Assembly: GCA_964057225.1 (NCBI GenBank)
Contig: OZ059895.1
Location: forward strand, 2,976,001-3,040,000
DNA from: Auanema rhodensis
Taxonomy: Eukaryota > Animalia > Nematoda
Length of the DNA: 64,000 nt
Reading direction: 5' to 3'
In this document: piece by piece, positions 36,373 through 51,900 of the stretch
Position numbering within the stretch: position 1 is the first letter of the stretch
How the letters are laid out: every line of letters begins with the position of its first letter
Position numbers and translations under genes: made by a program
Notes under the pieces: generated by a model
Seen by the model: the letters and a program-made list of their open reading frames with translations, nothing else
Databases searched by the model: none
What the model was told of the DNA's origin: nothing

Positions 36373-39300
36373 GTACACCCATAAATTATACGCAGCACAG
36401 GTTACCCTTAAATAATGAACTGACCGACTAATCAGACATGGATCTTTCCTAGTTCTGTTGCTTGAATGGATGTTTTCCTACGTAGGCTAGTAAAACATGC
36501 CCTTCAAAGCATCAGAACATGTGATCACATTCCAATATTTTTGTATCTATCTTGTAAAGATAGTAATATATCATATGTTGAACACTATGTTGGAAAGATT
36601 TTAAATCAGATTTTTTCAACTTTCACTCAGTTTGTTTTCTTAACTTTGATTAAGAACCTTGTTGTTCGTACACCCATAAAATATACGCAGCACAGGTTAC
36701 CCTTAAATAATGAACTGACCGACTAATCAGACATGGATCTTTCCAAGTTCTGTTGCTTGAACGGATGTTTTCCTACGTAGGCTAGTAAAACATGCCCTTC
36801 AAAGCATCAGAACATGTGATCAAATTCCAATTTTTTTGTATCTATCTTGTAAAGATAGTAATATATCATATGTTGAACACTATGTTGGAAAGATATTCAT
36901 TCAGATTTTTTAATTTTTATTCAGTTTGTTTTTTAAACTTTGATTAAGAACTTTGATTTTTGTTTACCCATAAATTATACGCAGCACAGGTTACCCTTAA
37001 ATAATGAACTGACCGACTAATCAGACATGGATCTTTCCAAGTTCTGTTGCTTGAACGGATGTTTTCCTACGTAGGCTAGTAAAACATGCCCTTCAAAGCA
37101 TCAGAACATGTGATCACATTCCAATTTTTTTGTATCTATCTTGTAAAGATAGTAATATATCATATGTTGAACACTATGTTGGAAAGATTTTAATTCAGAT
37201 TTTTTAATTTTTATTCAGTTTGTTTTTTAAACTTTGATTAAGAACTTTGATTTTTGTTTACCCATAAATTATACGCAGCACAGGTTACCCTTAAATAATG
37301 AACTGACCGACTAATCAGACATGGATCTTTCCTAGTTCTGTTGCTTGAATGGATGTTTTTCTACGTAGGCTAGTAAAACATGACCTTCAAAGCATCAGAA
37401 CATGTGATCACATTCCAATATTTTTGTATCTATCTTGTAAAGATAGTAATATATCATATGTTGAACACTATGTTGGAAAGATTTTCATTCAGATTTTTTA
37501 ATTTTTATTCAGTTTGTTTTTTAAACTTTGATTAAGAACTTTGATTTTTGTTTACCCATAAATTATACGCAGCACAGGTTACCCTTAAATAATGAACTGA
37601 CCGACTAATCAGACATGGATCTTTCCTAGTTCTGTTGCTTGAATGGATGTTTTCCTACGTAGGCTAGTAAAACATGCCCTTCAAAGCATCAGAACATGTG
37701 ATCACATTCCAATATTTTTGTATCTATCTTGTAAAGATAGTAATATATCATATGTTGAACACTATGTTGGAAAGATTTTCATTCAGATTTTTTAATTTTT
37801 ATTCAGTTTGTTTTTTAAACTTTGATTAAGAACTTTGATTTTTGTTTACCCATAAATTATACGCAGCACAGGTTACTCTTAAATAATGAACTGACCGACT
37901 AATCAGACATGGATCTTTCATAGTTCTGTTGCTTGAATGGATGTTTTCCTACGTAGGCTAGTAAAACATGCCCTTCAAAGCATCAGAACATGTGACCACA
38001 TTCCAATTTTTTTGTATCTATCTTGTAAAGATAGTAATATATCATATGTTGAACACTATGTTCTAAAGATTTTAATTCAGATTTTTTCAACTTTCACTCA
38101 GTTTGTTTTCTAAACTTTGATTAAGAACCTTGAGTTTTGTACACCCATAAAATATACGCAGCACAGGTTACCCTTAAATAATGAACTGACTGTCTAATCA
38201 GACATGGATCTTCCCAAGTTCTGTTGCTTGAATGGATGTTTTCCTACGTAGGCTAGTAAAACATGCCCTTCAAAGCATCAGAACATGTGATCACATTCCA
38301 ATTTTTTTGTATCTATCTTGTAAAGATAGTAATATATCATATGTTGAACACTATGTTGGAAAGATTTTAATTCAGATTTTTTCAACTTTCACTCAGTTTG
38401 TTTTCTAAACTTTGATTAAGAACCTTGAGTTTTGTACACCCATAAATTATACGCAGCACAGGTTACCCTTAAATAATGAACTGACCGACTAATCAGACAT
38501 GGATCTTTCCTAGTTCTGTTGCTTGAACGGATGTTTTCCTACGTAGGCTAGTAAAACATGCCCTTCAAAGCATCAGAACATGTGATCACATTCCAATATT
38601 TTTGTATCTATCTTGTAAAGATAGTAATATATCATATGTTGAACACTATGTTGGAAAGATTTTCATTCAGATTTTTTAATTTTTATTCAGTTTGTTTTTT
38701 AAACTTTGATTAAGAACTTTGATTTTTGTTTACCCATAAATTATACGCAGCACAGGTTACCCTTAAATAATGAACTGACCGACTAATCAGACATGGATCT
38801 TTCCAAGTTCTGTTGCTTGAACGGATGTTTTCCTACGTAGGCTAGTAAAACATGCCCTTCAAAGCATCAGAACATGTGATCACATTCCAATTTTTTTGTA
38901 TCTATCTTGTAAAGATAGTAATATATCATATGTTGAACACTATGTTGAAAAGATTTTAATTCAGATTTTTTAATTTTTATTCAGTTTGTTTTTTAAACTT
39001 TGATTAAGAACTTTGATTTTTGTTTACCCATAAATTATACGCAGCACAGGTTACCCTTAAATAATGAACTGACCGACTAATCAGACATGGATCTTTCCTA
39101 GTTCTGTTGCTTGAATGGATGTTTTTCTACGTAGGCTAGTAAAACATGACCTTCAAAGCATCAGAACATGTGATCACATTCCAATATTTTTGTATCTATC
39201 TTGTAAAGATAGTAATATATCATATGTTGAACACTATGTTGAAAAGATTTTCATTCAGATTTTTTAATTTTTATTCAGTTTGTTTTTTAAACTTTGATTA

Positions 39301-42300
39301 AGAACTTTGATTTTTGTTTACCCATAAATTATACGCAGCACAGGTTACCCTTAAATAATGAACTGACCGACTAATCAGACATGGATCTTTCCTAGTTCTG
39401 TTGCTTGAATGGATGTTTTCCTACGTAGGCTAGTAAAACATGCCCTTCAAAGCATCAGAACATGTGACCACATTCCAATTTTTTTGTATCTATCTTGTAA
39501 AGATAGTAATATATCATATGTTGAACACTATGTTCTAAAGATTTTAATTCAGATTTTTTCAACTTTCACTCAGTTTGTTTTCTAAACTTTGATTAAGAAC
39601 CTTGAGTTTTGTACACCCATAAAATATACGCAGCACAGGTTACCCTTAAATAATGAACTGACTGTCTAATCAGACATGGATCTTCCCAAGTTCTGTTGCT
39701 TGAATGGATGTTTTCCTACGTAGGCTAGTAAAACATGCCCTTCAAAGCATCAGAACATGTGATCACATTCCAATTTTTTTGTATCTATCTTGTAAAGATA
39801 GTAATATATCATATGTTGAACACTATGTTGGAAAGATTTTAATTCAGATTTTTTCAACTTTCACTCAGTTTGTTTTCTAAACTTTGATTAAGAACCTTGA
39901 GTTTTGTACACCCATAAATTATACGCAGCACAGGTTACCCTTAAATAATGAACTGACCGACTAATCAGACATGGATCTTTCCTAGTTCTGTTGCTTGAAT
40001 GGATGTTTTCCTACGTAGGCTAGTAAAACATGCCCTTCAAAGCATCAGAACATGTGATCACATTCCAATATTTTTGTATCTATCTTGTAAAGATAGTAAT
40101 ATATCATATGTTGAACACTATGTTGGAAAGATTTTAAATCAGATTTTTTCAACTTTCACTCAGTTTGTTTTCTTAACTTTGATTAAGAACCTTGTTGTTC
40201 GTACACCCATAAAATATACGCAGCACAGGTTACCCTTAAATAATGAACTGACCGACTAATCAGACATGGATCTTTCCAAGTTCTGTTGCTTGAACGGATG
40301 TTTTCCTACGTAGGCTAGTAAAACATGCCCTTCAAAGCATCAGAACATGTGATCAAATTCCAATTTTTTTGTATCTATCTTGTAAAGATAGTAATATATC
40401 ATATGTTGAACACTATGTTGGAAAGATTTTCATTCAGATTTTTTAATTTTTATTCAGTTTGTTTTTTAAACTTTGATTAAGAACTTTGATTTTTGTTTAC
40501 CCATAAATTATACGCAGCACAGGTTACCCTTAAATAATGAACTGACCGACTAATCAGACATGGATCTTTCCAAGTTCTGTTGCTTGAACGGATGTTTTCC
40601 TACGTAGGCTAGTAAAACATGCCCTTCAAAGCATCAGAACATGTGATCACATTCCAATTTTTTTGTATCTATCTTGTAAAGATAGTAATATATCATATGT
40701 TGAACACTATGTTGGAAAGATTTTAATTCAGATTTTTTAATTTTTATTCAGTTTGTTTTTTAAACTTTGATTAAGAACTTTGATTTTTGTTTACCCATAA
40801 ATTATACGCAGCACAGGTTACCCTTAAATAATGAACTGACCGACTAATCAGACATGGATCTTTCCTAGTTCTGTTGCTTGAATGGATGTTTTTCTACGTA
40901 GGCTAGTAAAACATGACCTTCAAAGCATCAGAACATGTGATCACATTCCAATATTTTTGTATCTATCTTGTAAAGATAGTAATATATCATATGTTGAACA
41001 CTATGTTGGAAAGATTTTCATTCAGATTTTTTAATTTTTATTCAGTTTGTTTTTTAAACTTTGATTAAGAACTTTGATTTTTGTTTACCCATAAATTATA
41101 CGCAGCACAGGTTACCCTTAAATAATGAACTGACCGACTAATCAGACATGGATCTTTCCTAGTTCTGTTGCTTGAATGGATGTTTTCCTACGTAGGCTAG
41201 TAAAACATGCCCTTCAAAGCATCAGAACATGTGATCACATTCCAATATTTTTGTATCTATCTTGTAAAGATAGTAATATATCATATGTTGAACACTATGT
41301 TGGAAAGATTTTCATTCAGATTTTTTAATTTTTATTCAGTTTGTTTTTTAAACTTTGATTAAGAACTTTGATTTTTGTTTACCCATAAATTATACGCAGC
41401 ACAGGTTACTCTTAAATAATGAACTGACCGACTAATCAGACATGGATCTTTCATAGTTCTGTTGCTTGAATGGATGTTTTCCTACGTAGGCTAGTAAAAC
41501 ATGCCCTTCAAAGCATCAGAACATGTGACCACATTCCAATTTTTTTGTATCTATCTTGTAAAGATAGTAATATATCATATGTTGAACACTATGTTCTAAA
41601 GATTTTAATTCAGATTTTTTCAACTTTCACTCAGTTTGTTTTCTAAACTTTGATTAAGAACCTTGAGTTTTGTACACCCATAAAATATACGCAGCACAGG
41701 TTACCCTTAAATAATGAACTGACTGTCTAATCAGACATGGATCTTCCCAAGTTCTGTTGCTTGAATGGATGTTTTCCTACGTAGGCTAGTAAAACATGCC
41801 CTTCAAAGCATCAGAACATGTGATCACATTCCAATTTTTTTGTATCTATCTTGTAAAGATAGTAATATATCATATGTTGAACACTATGTTGGAAAGATTT
41901 TAATTCAGATTTTCGAACTTTTATTCAGTTTGTTTTTTAAACTTTGATTAAGAACTTTGATTTTTGTACACCCATAAATTATACGCAGCACAGGTTACCC
42001 TTAATTAATGAACTGACCGACTAATCAGACATGGATCTTTCCAAGTTCTGTTGCTTGAACGGATGTTTCCCTACGAAGGCTAGTAAAACATGCCCTTCAA
42101 AGCATCAGAACATGTGATCACATTCCAATATTTTTGTATCTATCTTGTAAAGATAGTAATATATCATATGTTGAACACTATGTTGGAAAGATTTTAATTC
42201 GGTTTTTTTTCAACTTTCACTCAGTTTGTTTTCTTAACTTTGATTAAGAACCTTGAGTTTTGTACACCCATAAATTATACGCAGCACAGGTTACCCTTAA

Positions 42301-45300
42301 ATAATGAACTGACCGACTAATCAGACATGGATCTTTCCTAGTTCTGTTGCTTGAATGGATGTTTTCCTACGTAGGCTAGTAAAACATGCCCTTCAAAGCA
42401 TCAGAACATGTGATCACATTCCAATATTTTTGTATCTATCTTGTAAAGATAGTAATATATCATATGTTGAACACTATGTTGGAAAGATTTTAATTCAGAT
42501 TTTTTAATTTTAATTCAGTTTGTTTTTTAAACTTTGATTAAGAACTTTGATTTTTGTTTACCCATAAATTATACGCAGCACAGGTTACCCTTAAATAATG
42601 AACTGACCGACTAATCAGACATGGATCTTTCCTAGTTCTGTTGCTTGAATGGATGTTTTTCTACGTAGGCTAGTAAAACATGACCTTCAAAGCATCAGAA
42701 CATGTGATCACATTCCAATATTTTTGTATCTATCTTGTAAAGATAGTAATATATCATATGTTGAACACTATGTTGGAAAGATTTTAATTCAGATTTTCTA
42801 ACTTTTATTCAGTTTGTTTTTTAAACTTTGATTAAGAACTTTGATTTTTGTACACCCATAAATTATACGCAGCACAGGTTACCCTTAAATAATGAACTAA
42901 CCGACTAATCAGACATGGATCTTTCCTAGTTCTGTTGCTTGAATGGATGTTTTCCTACGTAGGCTAGTAAAACATGCCCTTCAAAGCATCAGAACATGTG
43001 ACCACATTCCAATTTTTTTGTATCTATCTTGTAAAGATAGTAATATATCATATGTTGAACACTATGTTGGAAAAATTTTAATTCAGATTTTTTCAACTTT
43101 CACTCAGTTTGTTTTCTAAACTTTGATTAAGAACCTTGAGTTTTGTACACCCATAAAATATACGCAGCACAGGTTACCCTTAAATAATGAACTGACTGTC
43201 TAATCAGACATGGATCTTCCCAAGTTCTGTTGCTTGAATGGATGTTTTCCTACGTAGGCTAGTAAAACATGCCCTTCAAAGCATCAGAACATGTGACCAC
43301 ATTCCAATATTTTTGTATCTATCTTGTAAAGATAGTAATATATCATATGTTGAACACTATGTTGGAAAGATTTTCATTCAGATTTTTTAATTTTTATTCA
43401 GTTTGTTTTTTAAACTTTGATTAAGAACTTTGATTTTTGTTTACCCATAAATTATACGCAGCACAGGTTACCCTTAAATAATGAACTGACCGACTAATCA
43501 GACATGGATCTTTCCTAGTTCTGTTGCTTGAATGGATGTTTTTCTACGTAGGCTAGTAAAACATGACCTTCAAAGCATCAGAACATGTGATCACATTCCA
43601 ATATTTTCGTATCTATCTTGTAAAGATAGTAATATATCATATGTTGAACACTATGTTGGAAAGATTTTAATTCAGATTTTCTAACTTTTGTTCAGTTTGT
43701 TTTTTAAACTTTGATTAAGAACTTTGATTTTTGTACACCCATAAATTATACGCAGCACAGGTTACCCTTAAATAATGAACTGACCGACTAATCAGACATG
43801 GATCTTTCCAAGTTCTGTTGCTTGAACGGATGTTTTCCTACGTAGGCTAGTAAAACATGCCCTTCAAAGCATCAGAACATGTGATCAAATTCCAATATTT
43901 TTGTATCTATCTTGTAAAGATAGTAATATATCATATGTTGAACACTATGTTGGAAAAATTTTAATTCAGATTTTTTCAACTTTCACTCAGTTTGTTTTCT
44001 AAACTTTGATTAAGAACCTTGAGTTTTGTACACCCATAAAATATACGCAGCACAGGTTACCCTTAAATAATGAACTGACTGTCTAATCAGACATGGATCT
44101 TCCCAAGTTCTGTTGCTTGAATGGATGTTTTCCTACGTAGGCTAGTAAAACATGCCCTTCAAAGCATCAGAACATGTGACCACATTCCAATATTTTTGTA
44201 TCTATCTTGTAAAGATAGTAATATATCATATGTTGAACACTATGTTGGAAAGATTTTCATTCAGATTTTTTAATTTTTATTCAGTTTGTTTTTTAAACTT
44301 TGATTAAGAACTTTGATTTTTGTTTACCCATAAATTATACGCAGCACAGGTTACCCTTAAATAATGAACTGACCGACTAATCAGACATGGATCTTTCCTA
44401 GTTCTGTTGCTTGAATGGATGTTTTTCTACGTAGGCTAGTAAAACATGACCTTCAAAGCATCAGAACATGTGATCACATTCCAATATTTTCGTATCTATC
44501 TTGTAAAGATAGTAATATATCATATGTTGAACACTATGTTGGAAAGATTTTAATTCAGATTTTCTAACTTTTATTCAGTTTGTTTTTTAAACTTTGATTA
44601 AGAACTTTGATTTTTGTACACCCATAAATTATACGCAGCACAGGTTACTCTTAAATAATGAACTGACCGACTAATCAGACATGGATCTTTCATAGTTCTG
44701 TTGCTTGAATGGATGTTTTCCTACGTAGGCTAGTAAAACATGCCCTTCAAAGCATCAGAACATGTGACCACATTCCAATTTTTTTGTATCTATCTTGTAA
44801 AGATAGTAATATATCATATGTTGAACACTATGTTCTAAAGATTTTAATTCAGATTTTTTCAACTTTCACTCAGTTTGTTTTCTAAACTTTGATTAAGAAC
44901 CTTGAGTTTTGTACACCCATAAAATATACGCAGCACAGGTTACCCTTAAATAATGAACTGACTGTCTAATCAGACATGGATCTTCCCAAGTTCTGTTGCT
45001 TGAATGGATGTTTTCCTACGTAGGCTAGTAAAACATGCCCTTCAAAGCATCAGAACATGTGATCACATTCCAATTTTTTTGTATCTATCTTGTAAAGATA
45101 GTAATATATCATATGTTGAACACTATGTTGGAAAGATTTTAATTCAGATTTTCGAACTTTTATTCAGTTTGTTTTTTAAACTTTGATTAAGAACTTTGAT
45201 TTTTGTACACCCATAAATTATACGCAGCACAGGTTACCCTTAAATAATGAACTGACCGACTAATCAGACATGGATCTTTCCTAGTTCTGTTGCTTGAATG

Positions 45301-47260
45301 GATGTTTTCCTACGTAGGCTAGTAAAACATGCCCTTCAAAGCATCAGAACATGTGATCACATTCCAATATTTTTGTATCTATCTTGTAAAGATAGTAATA
45401 TATCATATGTTGAACACTATGTTGGAAAGATTTTAATTCAGATTTTTTAATTTTAATTCAGTTTGTTTTTTAAACTTTGATTAAGAACTTTGATTTTTGT
45501 TTACCCATAAATTATACGCAGCACAGGTTACCCTTAAATAATGAACTGACCGACTAATCAGACATGGATCTTTCCTAGTTCTGTTGCTTGAATGGATGTT
45601 TTTCTACGTAGGCTAGTAAAACATGACCTTCAAAGCATCAGAACATGTGATCACATTCCAATATTTTTGTATCTATCTTGTAAAGATAGTAATATATCAT
45701 ATGTTGAACACTATGTTGGAAAGATTTTAATTCAGATTTTCTAACTTTTATTCAGTTTGTTTTTTAAACTTTGATTAAGAACTTTGATTTTTGTACACCC
45801 ATAAATTATACGCAGCACAGGTTACCCTTAAATAATGAACTAACCGACTAATCAGACATGGATCTTTCCTAGTTCTGTTGCTTGAATGGATGTTTTCCTA
45901 CGTAGGCTAGTAAAACATGCCCTTCAAAGCATCAGAACATGTGACCACATTCCAATTTTTTTGTATCTATCTTGTAAAGATAGTAATATATCATATGTTG
46001 AACACTATGTTGGAAAAATTTTAATTCAGATTTTTTCAACTTTCACTCAGTTTGTTTTCTAAACTTTGATTAAGAACCTTGAGTTTTGTACACCCATAAA
46101 ATATACGCAGCACAGGTTACCCTTAAATAATGAACTGACTGTCTAATCAGACATGGATCTTCCCAAGTTCTGTTGCTTGAATGGATGTTTTCCTACGTAG
46201 GCTAGTAAAACATGCCCTTCAAAGCATCAGAACATGTGACCACATTCCAATATTTTTGTATCTATCTTGTAAAGATAGTAATATATCATATGTTGAACAC
46301 TATGTTGGAAAGATTTTCATTCAGATTTTTTAATTTTTATTCAGTTTGTTTTTTAAACTTTGATTAAGAACTTTGATTTTTGTTTACCCATAAATTATAC
46401 GCAGCACAGGTTACCCTTAAATAATGAACTGACCGACTAATCAGACATGGATCTTTCCTAGTTCTGTTGCTTGAATGGATGTTTTTCTACGTAGGCTAGT
46501 AAAACATGACCTTCAAAGCATCAGAACATGTGATCACATTCCAATATTTTCGTATCTATCTTGTAAAGATAGTAATATATCATATGTTGAACACTATGTT
46601 GGAAAGATTTTAATTCAGATTTTCTAACTTTTATTCAGTTTGTTTTTTAAACTTTGATTAAGAACTTTGATTTTTGTACACCCATAAATTATACGCAGCA
46701 CAGGTTACCCTTAAATAATGAACTGACCGACTAATCAGACATGGATCTTTCCTAGTTCTGTTGCTTGAATGGATGTTTTCCTACGTAGGCTAGTAAAACA
46801 TGCCCTTCAAAGCATCAGAACATGTGACCACATTCCAATTTTTTTGTATCTATCTTGTAAAGATAGTAATATATCATATGTTGAACACTATGTTCTAAAG
46901 ATTTTAATTCAGATTTTTTCAACTTTCACTCAGTTTGTTTTCTAAACTTTGATTAAGAACCTTGAGTTTTGTACACCCATAAAATATACGCAGCACAGGT
47001 TACCCTTAAATAATGAACTGACTGTCTAATCAGACATGGATCTTCCCAAGTTCTGTTGCTTGAATGGATGTTTTCCTACGTAGGCTAGTAAAACATGCCC
47101 TTCAAAGCATCAGAACATGTGATCACATTCCAATTTTTTTGTATCTATCTTGTAAAGATAGTAATATATCATATGTTGAACACTATGTTGGAAAGATTTT
47201 AATTCAGATTTTCGAACTTTTATTCAGTTTGTTTTTTAAACTTTGATTAAGAACTTTGAT
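36373..47260. repeat. Domain of related 5-, 7-, 10-, 11- and 12-mer higher-order duplications
   Basis: TGTTCTAAAG variant at 38063, 39535, 41596, 44835 and 46895. GGTTACTCTT variant at 37877, 41410 and 44649. ORFs 36466/39999 are 3533 apart. Confidence 0.8.
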
Positions 47261-48999
47261 TTTTGTACACCCATAAATTATACGCAGCACAGGTTACCCT
47301 TAATTAATGAACTGACCGACTAATCAGACATGGATCTTTCCAAGTTCTGTTGCTTGAACGGATGTTTTCCTACGAAGGCTAGTAAAACATGCCCTTCAAA
47401 GCATCAGAACATGTGATCACATTCCAATATTTTTGTATCTATCTTGTAAAGATAGTAATATATCATATGTTGAACACTATGTTGGAAAGATTTTAATTCG
47501 GTTTTTTTTCAACTTTCACTCAGTTTGTTTTCTTAACTTTGATTAAGAACCTTGAGTTTTGTACACCCATAAATTATACGCAGCACAGGTTACCCTTAAA
47601 TAATGAACTGACCGACTAATCAGACATGGATCTTTCCTAGTTCTGTTGCTTGAATGGATGTTTTCCTACGTAGGCTAGTAAAACATGCCTTTCAAAGCAT
47701 CAGAACATGTGATCACATTCCAATATTTTTGTATCTATCTTGTAAAGATAGTAATATATCATATGTTGAACACTATGTTGGAAAGATTTTAATTCAGATT
47801 TTTTCAACTTTCACTCAGTTTGTTTTCTAAACTTTGATTAAGAACCTTGAGTTTTGTACACCCATAAATTATACGCAGCACAGGTTACCCTTAAATAATG
47901 AACTGACCGACTAATCAGACATGGATCTTTCCTAGTTCTGTTGCTTGAATGGATGTTTTCCTACGTAGGCTAGTAAAACATGCCCTTCAAAGCATCAGAA
48001 CATGTGATCACATTCCAATATTTTTGTATCTATCTTGTAAAGATAGTAATATATCATATGTTGAACACTATGTTGGAAAGATTTTAATTCAGATTTTTTC
48101 AACTTTCACTCAGTTTGTTTTCTAAACTTTGATTAAGAACCTTGAGTTTTGTACACCCATAAATTATACGCAGCACAGGTTACCCTTAAATAATGAACTG
48201 ACCGACTAATCAGACATGGATCTTTCCTAGTTCTGTTGCTTGAATGGATGTTTTCCTACGTAGGCTAGTAAAACATGCCCTTCAAAGCATCAGAACATGT
48301 GATCACATTCCAATATTTTTGTATCTATCTTGTAAAGATAGTAATATATCATATGTTGAACACTATGTTGGAAAGATTTTAAATCAGATTTTTTCAACTT
48401 TCACTCAGTTTGTTTTCTTAACTTTGATTAAGAACCTTGTTGTTCGTACACCCATAAAATATACGCAGCACAGGTTACCCTTAAATAATGAACTGACCGA
48501 CTAATCAGACATGGATCTTTCCAAGTTCTGTTGCTTGAACGGATGTTTTCCTACGTAGGATAGTAAAACATGCCCTTCAAAGCATCAGAACATGTGATCA
48601 AATTCCAATTTTTTTGTATCTATCTTGTAAAGATAGTAATATATCATATGTTGAACACTATGTTGGAAAGATTTTCATTCAGATTTTTTAATTTTTATTC
48701 AGTTTGTTTTTTAAACTTTGATTAAGAACTTTGATTTTTGTTTACCCATAAATTATACGCAGCACAGGTTACCCTTAAATAATGAACTGACCGACTAATC
48801 AGACATGGATCTTTCCAAGTTCTGTTGCTTGAACGGATGTTTTCCTACGTAGGCTAGTAAAACATGCCCTTCAAAGCATCAGAACATGTGATCACATTCC
48901 AATTTTTTTGTATCTATCTTGTAAAGATAGTAATATATCATATGTTGAACACTATGTTGGAAAGATTTTAATTCAGATTTTTTAATTTTTATTCAGTTT

Positions 49000-51900
49000 G
49001 TTTTTTAAACTTTGATTAAGAACTTTGATTTTTGTTTACCCATAAATTATACGCAGCACAGGTTACCCTTAAATAATGAACTGACCGACTAATCAGACAT
49101 GGATCTTTCCTAGTTCTGTTGCTTGAATGGATGTTTTTCTACGTAGGCTAGTAAAACATGACCTTCAAAGCATCAGAACATGTGATCACATTCCAATATT
49201 TTTGTATCTATCTTGTAAAGATAGTAATATATCATATGTTGAACACTATATTGGAAAGATTTTAATTCAGATTTTCTAACTTTTATTCAGTTTGTTTTTT
49301 AAACTTTGATTAAGAACTTTGATTTTTGTACACCCATAAATTATACGCAGCACAGGTTACCCTTAAATAATGAACTAACCGACTAATCAGACATGGATCT
49401 TTCCTAGTTCTGTTGCTTGAATGGATGTTTTCCTACGTAGGCTAGTAAAACATGCCCTTCAAAGCATCAGAACATGTGACCACATTCCAATTTTTTTGTA
49501 TCTATCTTGTAAAGATAGTAATATATCATATGTTGAACACTATGTTGAAAAGATTTTAATTCAGATTTTTTCAACTTTCACTCAGTTTGTTTTCTTAACT
49601 TTGATTAAGAACCTTGAGTTTTGTACACCCATAAATTATACGCAGCACAGGTTACCCTTAAATAATGAACTGACCGACTAATCAGACATGGATCTTTCCT
49701 AGTTCTGTTGCTTGAATGGATGTTTTCCTACGTAGGCTAGTAAAACATGCCCTTCAAAGCATCAGAACATGTGATCACATTCCAATATTTTTGTATCTAT
49801 CTTGTAAAGATAGTAATATATCATATGTTGAACACTATGTTGGAAAGATTTTAATTCAGATTTTTTCAACTTTCACTCAGTTTGTTTTCTAAACTTTGAT
49901 TAAGAACCTTGAGTTTTGTACACCCATAAATTATACGCAGCACAGGTTACCCTTAAATAATGAACTGACCGACTAATCAGACATGGATCTTTCCTAGTTC
50001 TGTTGCTTGAACGGATGTTTTCCTACGTAGGCTAGTAAAACATGCCCTTCAAAGCATCAGAACATGTGATCACATTCCAATATTTTTGTATCTATCTTGT
50101 AAAGATAGTAATATATCATATGTTGAACACTATGTTGGAAAGATTTTAAATCAGATTTTTTCAACTTTCACTCAGTTTGTTTTCTTAACTTTGATTAAGA
50201 ACCTTGTTGTTCGTACACCCATAAAATATACGCAGCACAGGTTACCCTTAAATAATGAACTGACCGACTAATCAGACATGGATCTTTCCAAGTTCTGTTG
50301 CTTGAACGGATGTTTTCCTACGTAGGCTAGTAAAACATGCCCTTCAAAGCTTCAGAACATGTGATCAAATTCCAATTTTTTTGTATCTATCTTGTAAAGA
50401 TAGTAATATATCATATGTTGAACACTATGTTGGAAAGATTTTCATTCAGATTTTTTAATTTTTATTCAGTTTGTTTTTTAAACTTTGATTAAGAACTTTG
50501 ATTTTTGTTTACCCATAAATTATACGCAGCACAGGTTACCCTTAAATAATGAACTGACCGACTAATCAGACATGGATCTTTCCAAGTTCTGTTGCTTGAA
50601 CGGATGTTTTCCTACGTAGGCTAGTAAAACATGCCCTTCAAAGCATCAGAACATGTGATCACATTCCAATTTTTTTGTATCTATCTTGTAAAGATAGTAA
50701 TATATCATATGTTGAACACTATGTTGGAAAGATTTTAATTCAGATTTTCGAACTTTTATTCAGTTTGTTTTTCAAACTTTGATTAAGAACTTTGATTTTT
50801 GTTTACCCATAAATTATACGCAGCACAGGTTACCCTTAAATAATGAACTGACCGACTAATCAGACATGGATCTTTCCTAGTTCTGTTGCTTGAATGGATG
50901 TTTTTCTACGTAGGCTAGTAAAACATGACCTTCAAAGCATCAGAACATGTGATCACATTCCAATATTTTTGTATCTATCTTGTAAAGATAGTAATATATC
51001 ATATGTTGAACACTATATTGGAAAGATTTTAATTCAGATTTTCTAACTTTTATTCAGTTTGTTTTTTAAACTTTGATTAAGAACTTTGATTTTTGTACAC
51101 CCATAAATTATACGCAGCACAGGTTACCCTTAAATAATGAACTAACCGACTAATCAGACATGGATCTTTCCTAGTTCTGTTGCTTGAATGGATGTTTTCC
51201 TACGTAGGCTAGTAAAACATGCCCTTCAAAGCATCAGAACATGTGACCACATTCCAATTTTTTTGTATCTATCTTGTAAAGATAGTAATATATCATATGT
51301 TGAACACTATGTTGGAAAGATTTTAATTCAGATTTTTTCAACTTTCACTCAGTTTGTTTTCTTAACTTTGATTAAGAACCTTGTTGTTCGTACACCCATA
51401 AAATATACGCAGCACAGGTTACCCTTAAATAATGAACTGACCGACTAATCAGACATGGATCTTTCCAAGTTCTGTTGCTTGAACGGATGTTTTCCTACGT
51501 AGGCTAGTAAAACATGCCCTTCAAAGCATCAGAACATGTGATCACATTCCAATTTTTTTGTATCTATCTTGTAAAGATAGTAATATATCATATGTTGAAC
51601 ACTATGTTGGAAAGATTTTGATTCAGATTTTCGAACTTTTATTCAGTTTGTTTTTTAAACTTTGATTAAGAACTTTGATTTTTGTACACCCATAAATTAT
51701 ACGCAGCACAGGTTACCCTTAATTAATGAACTGACCAACTAATCAGACATGAATCTTTCCAAGTTCTGTTGCTTGAACGGATGTTTTCCTACGAAGGCTA
51801 GTAAAACATGCCCTTCAAAGCATCAGAACATGTGATCACATTCCAATATTTTTGTATCTATCTTGTAAAGATAGTAATATATCATATGTTGAACACTATG

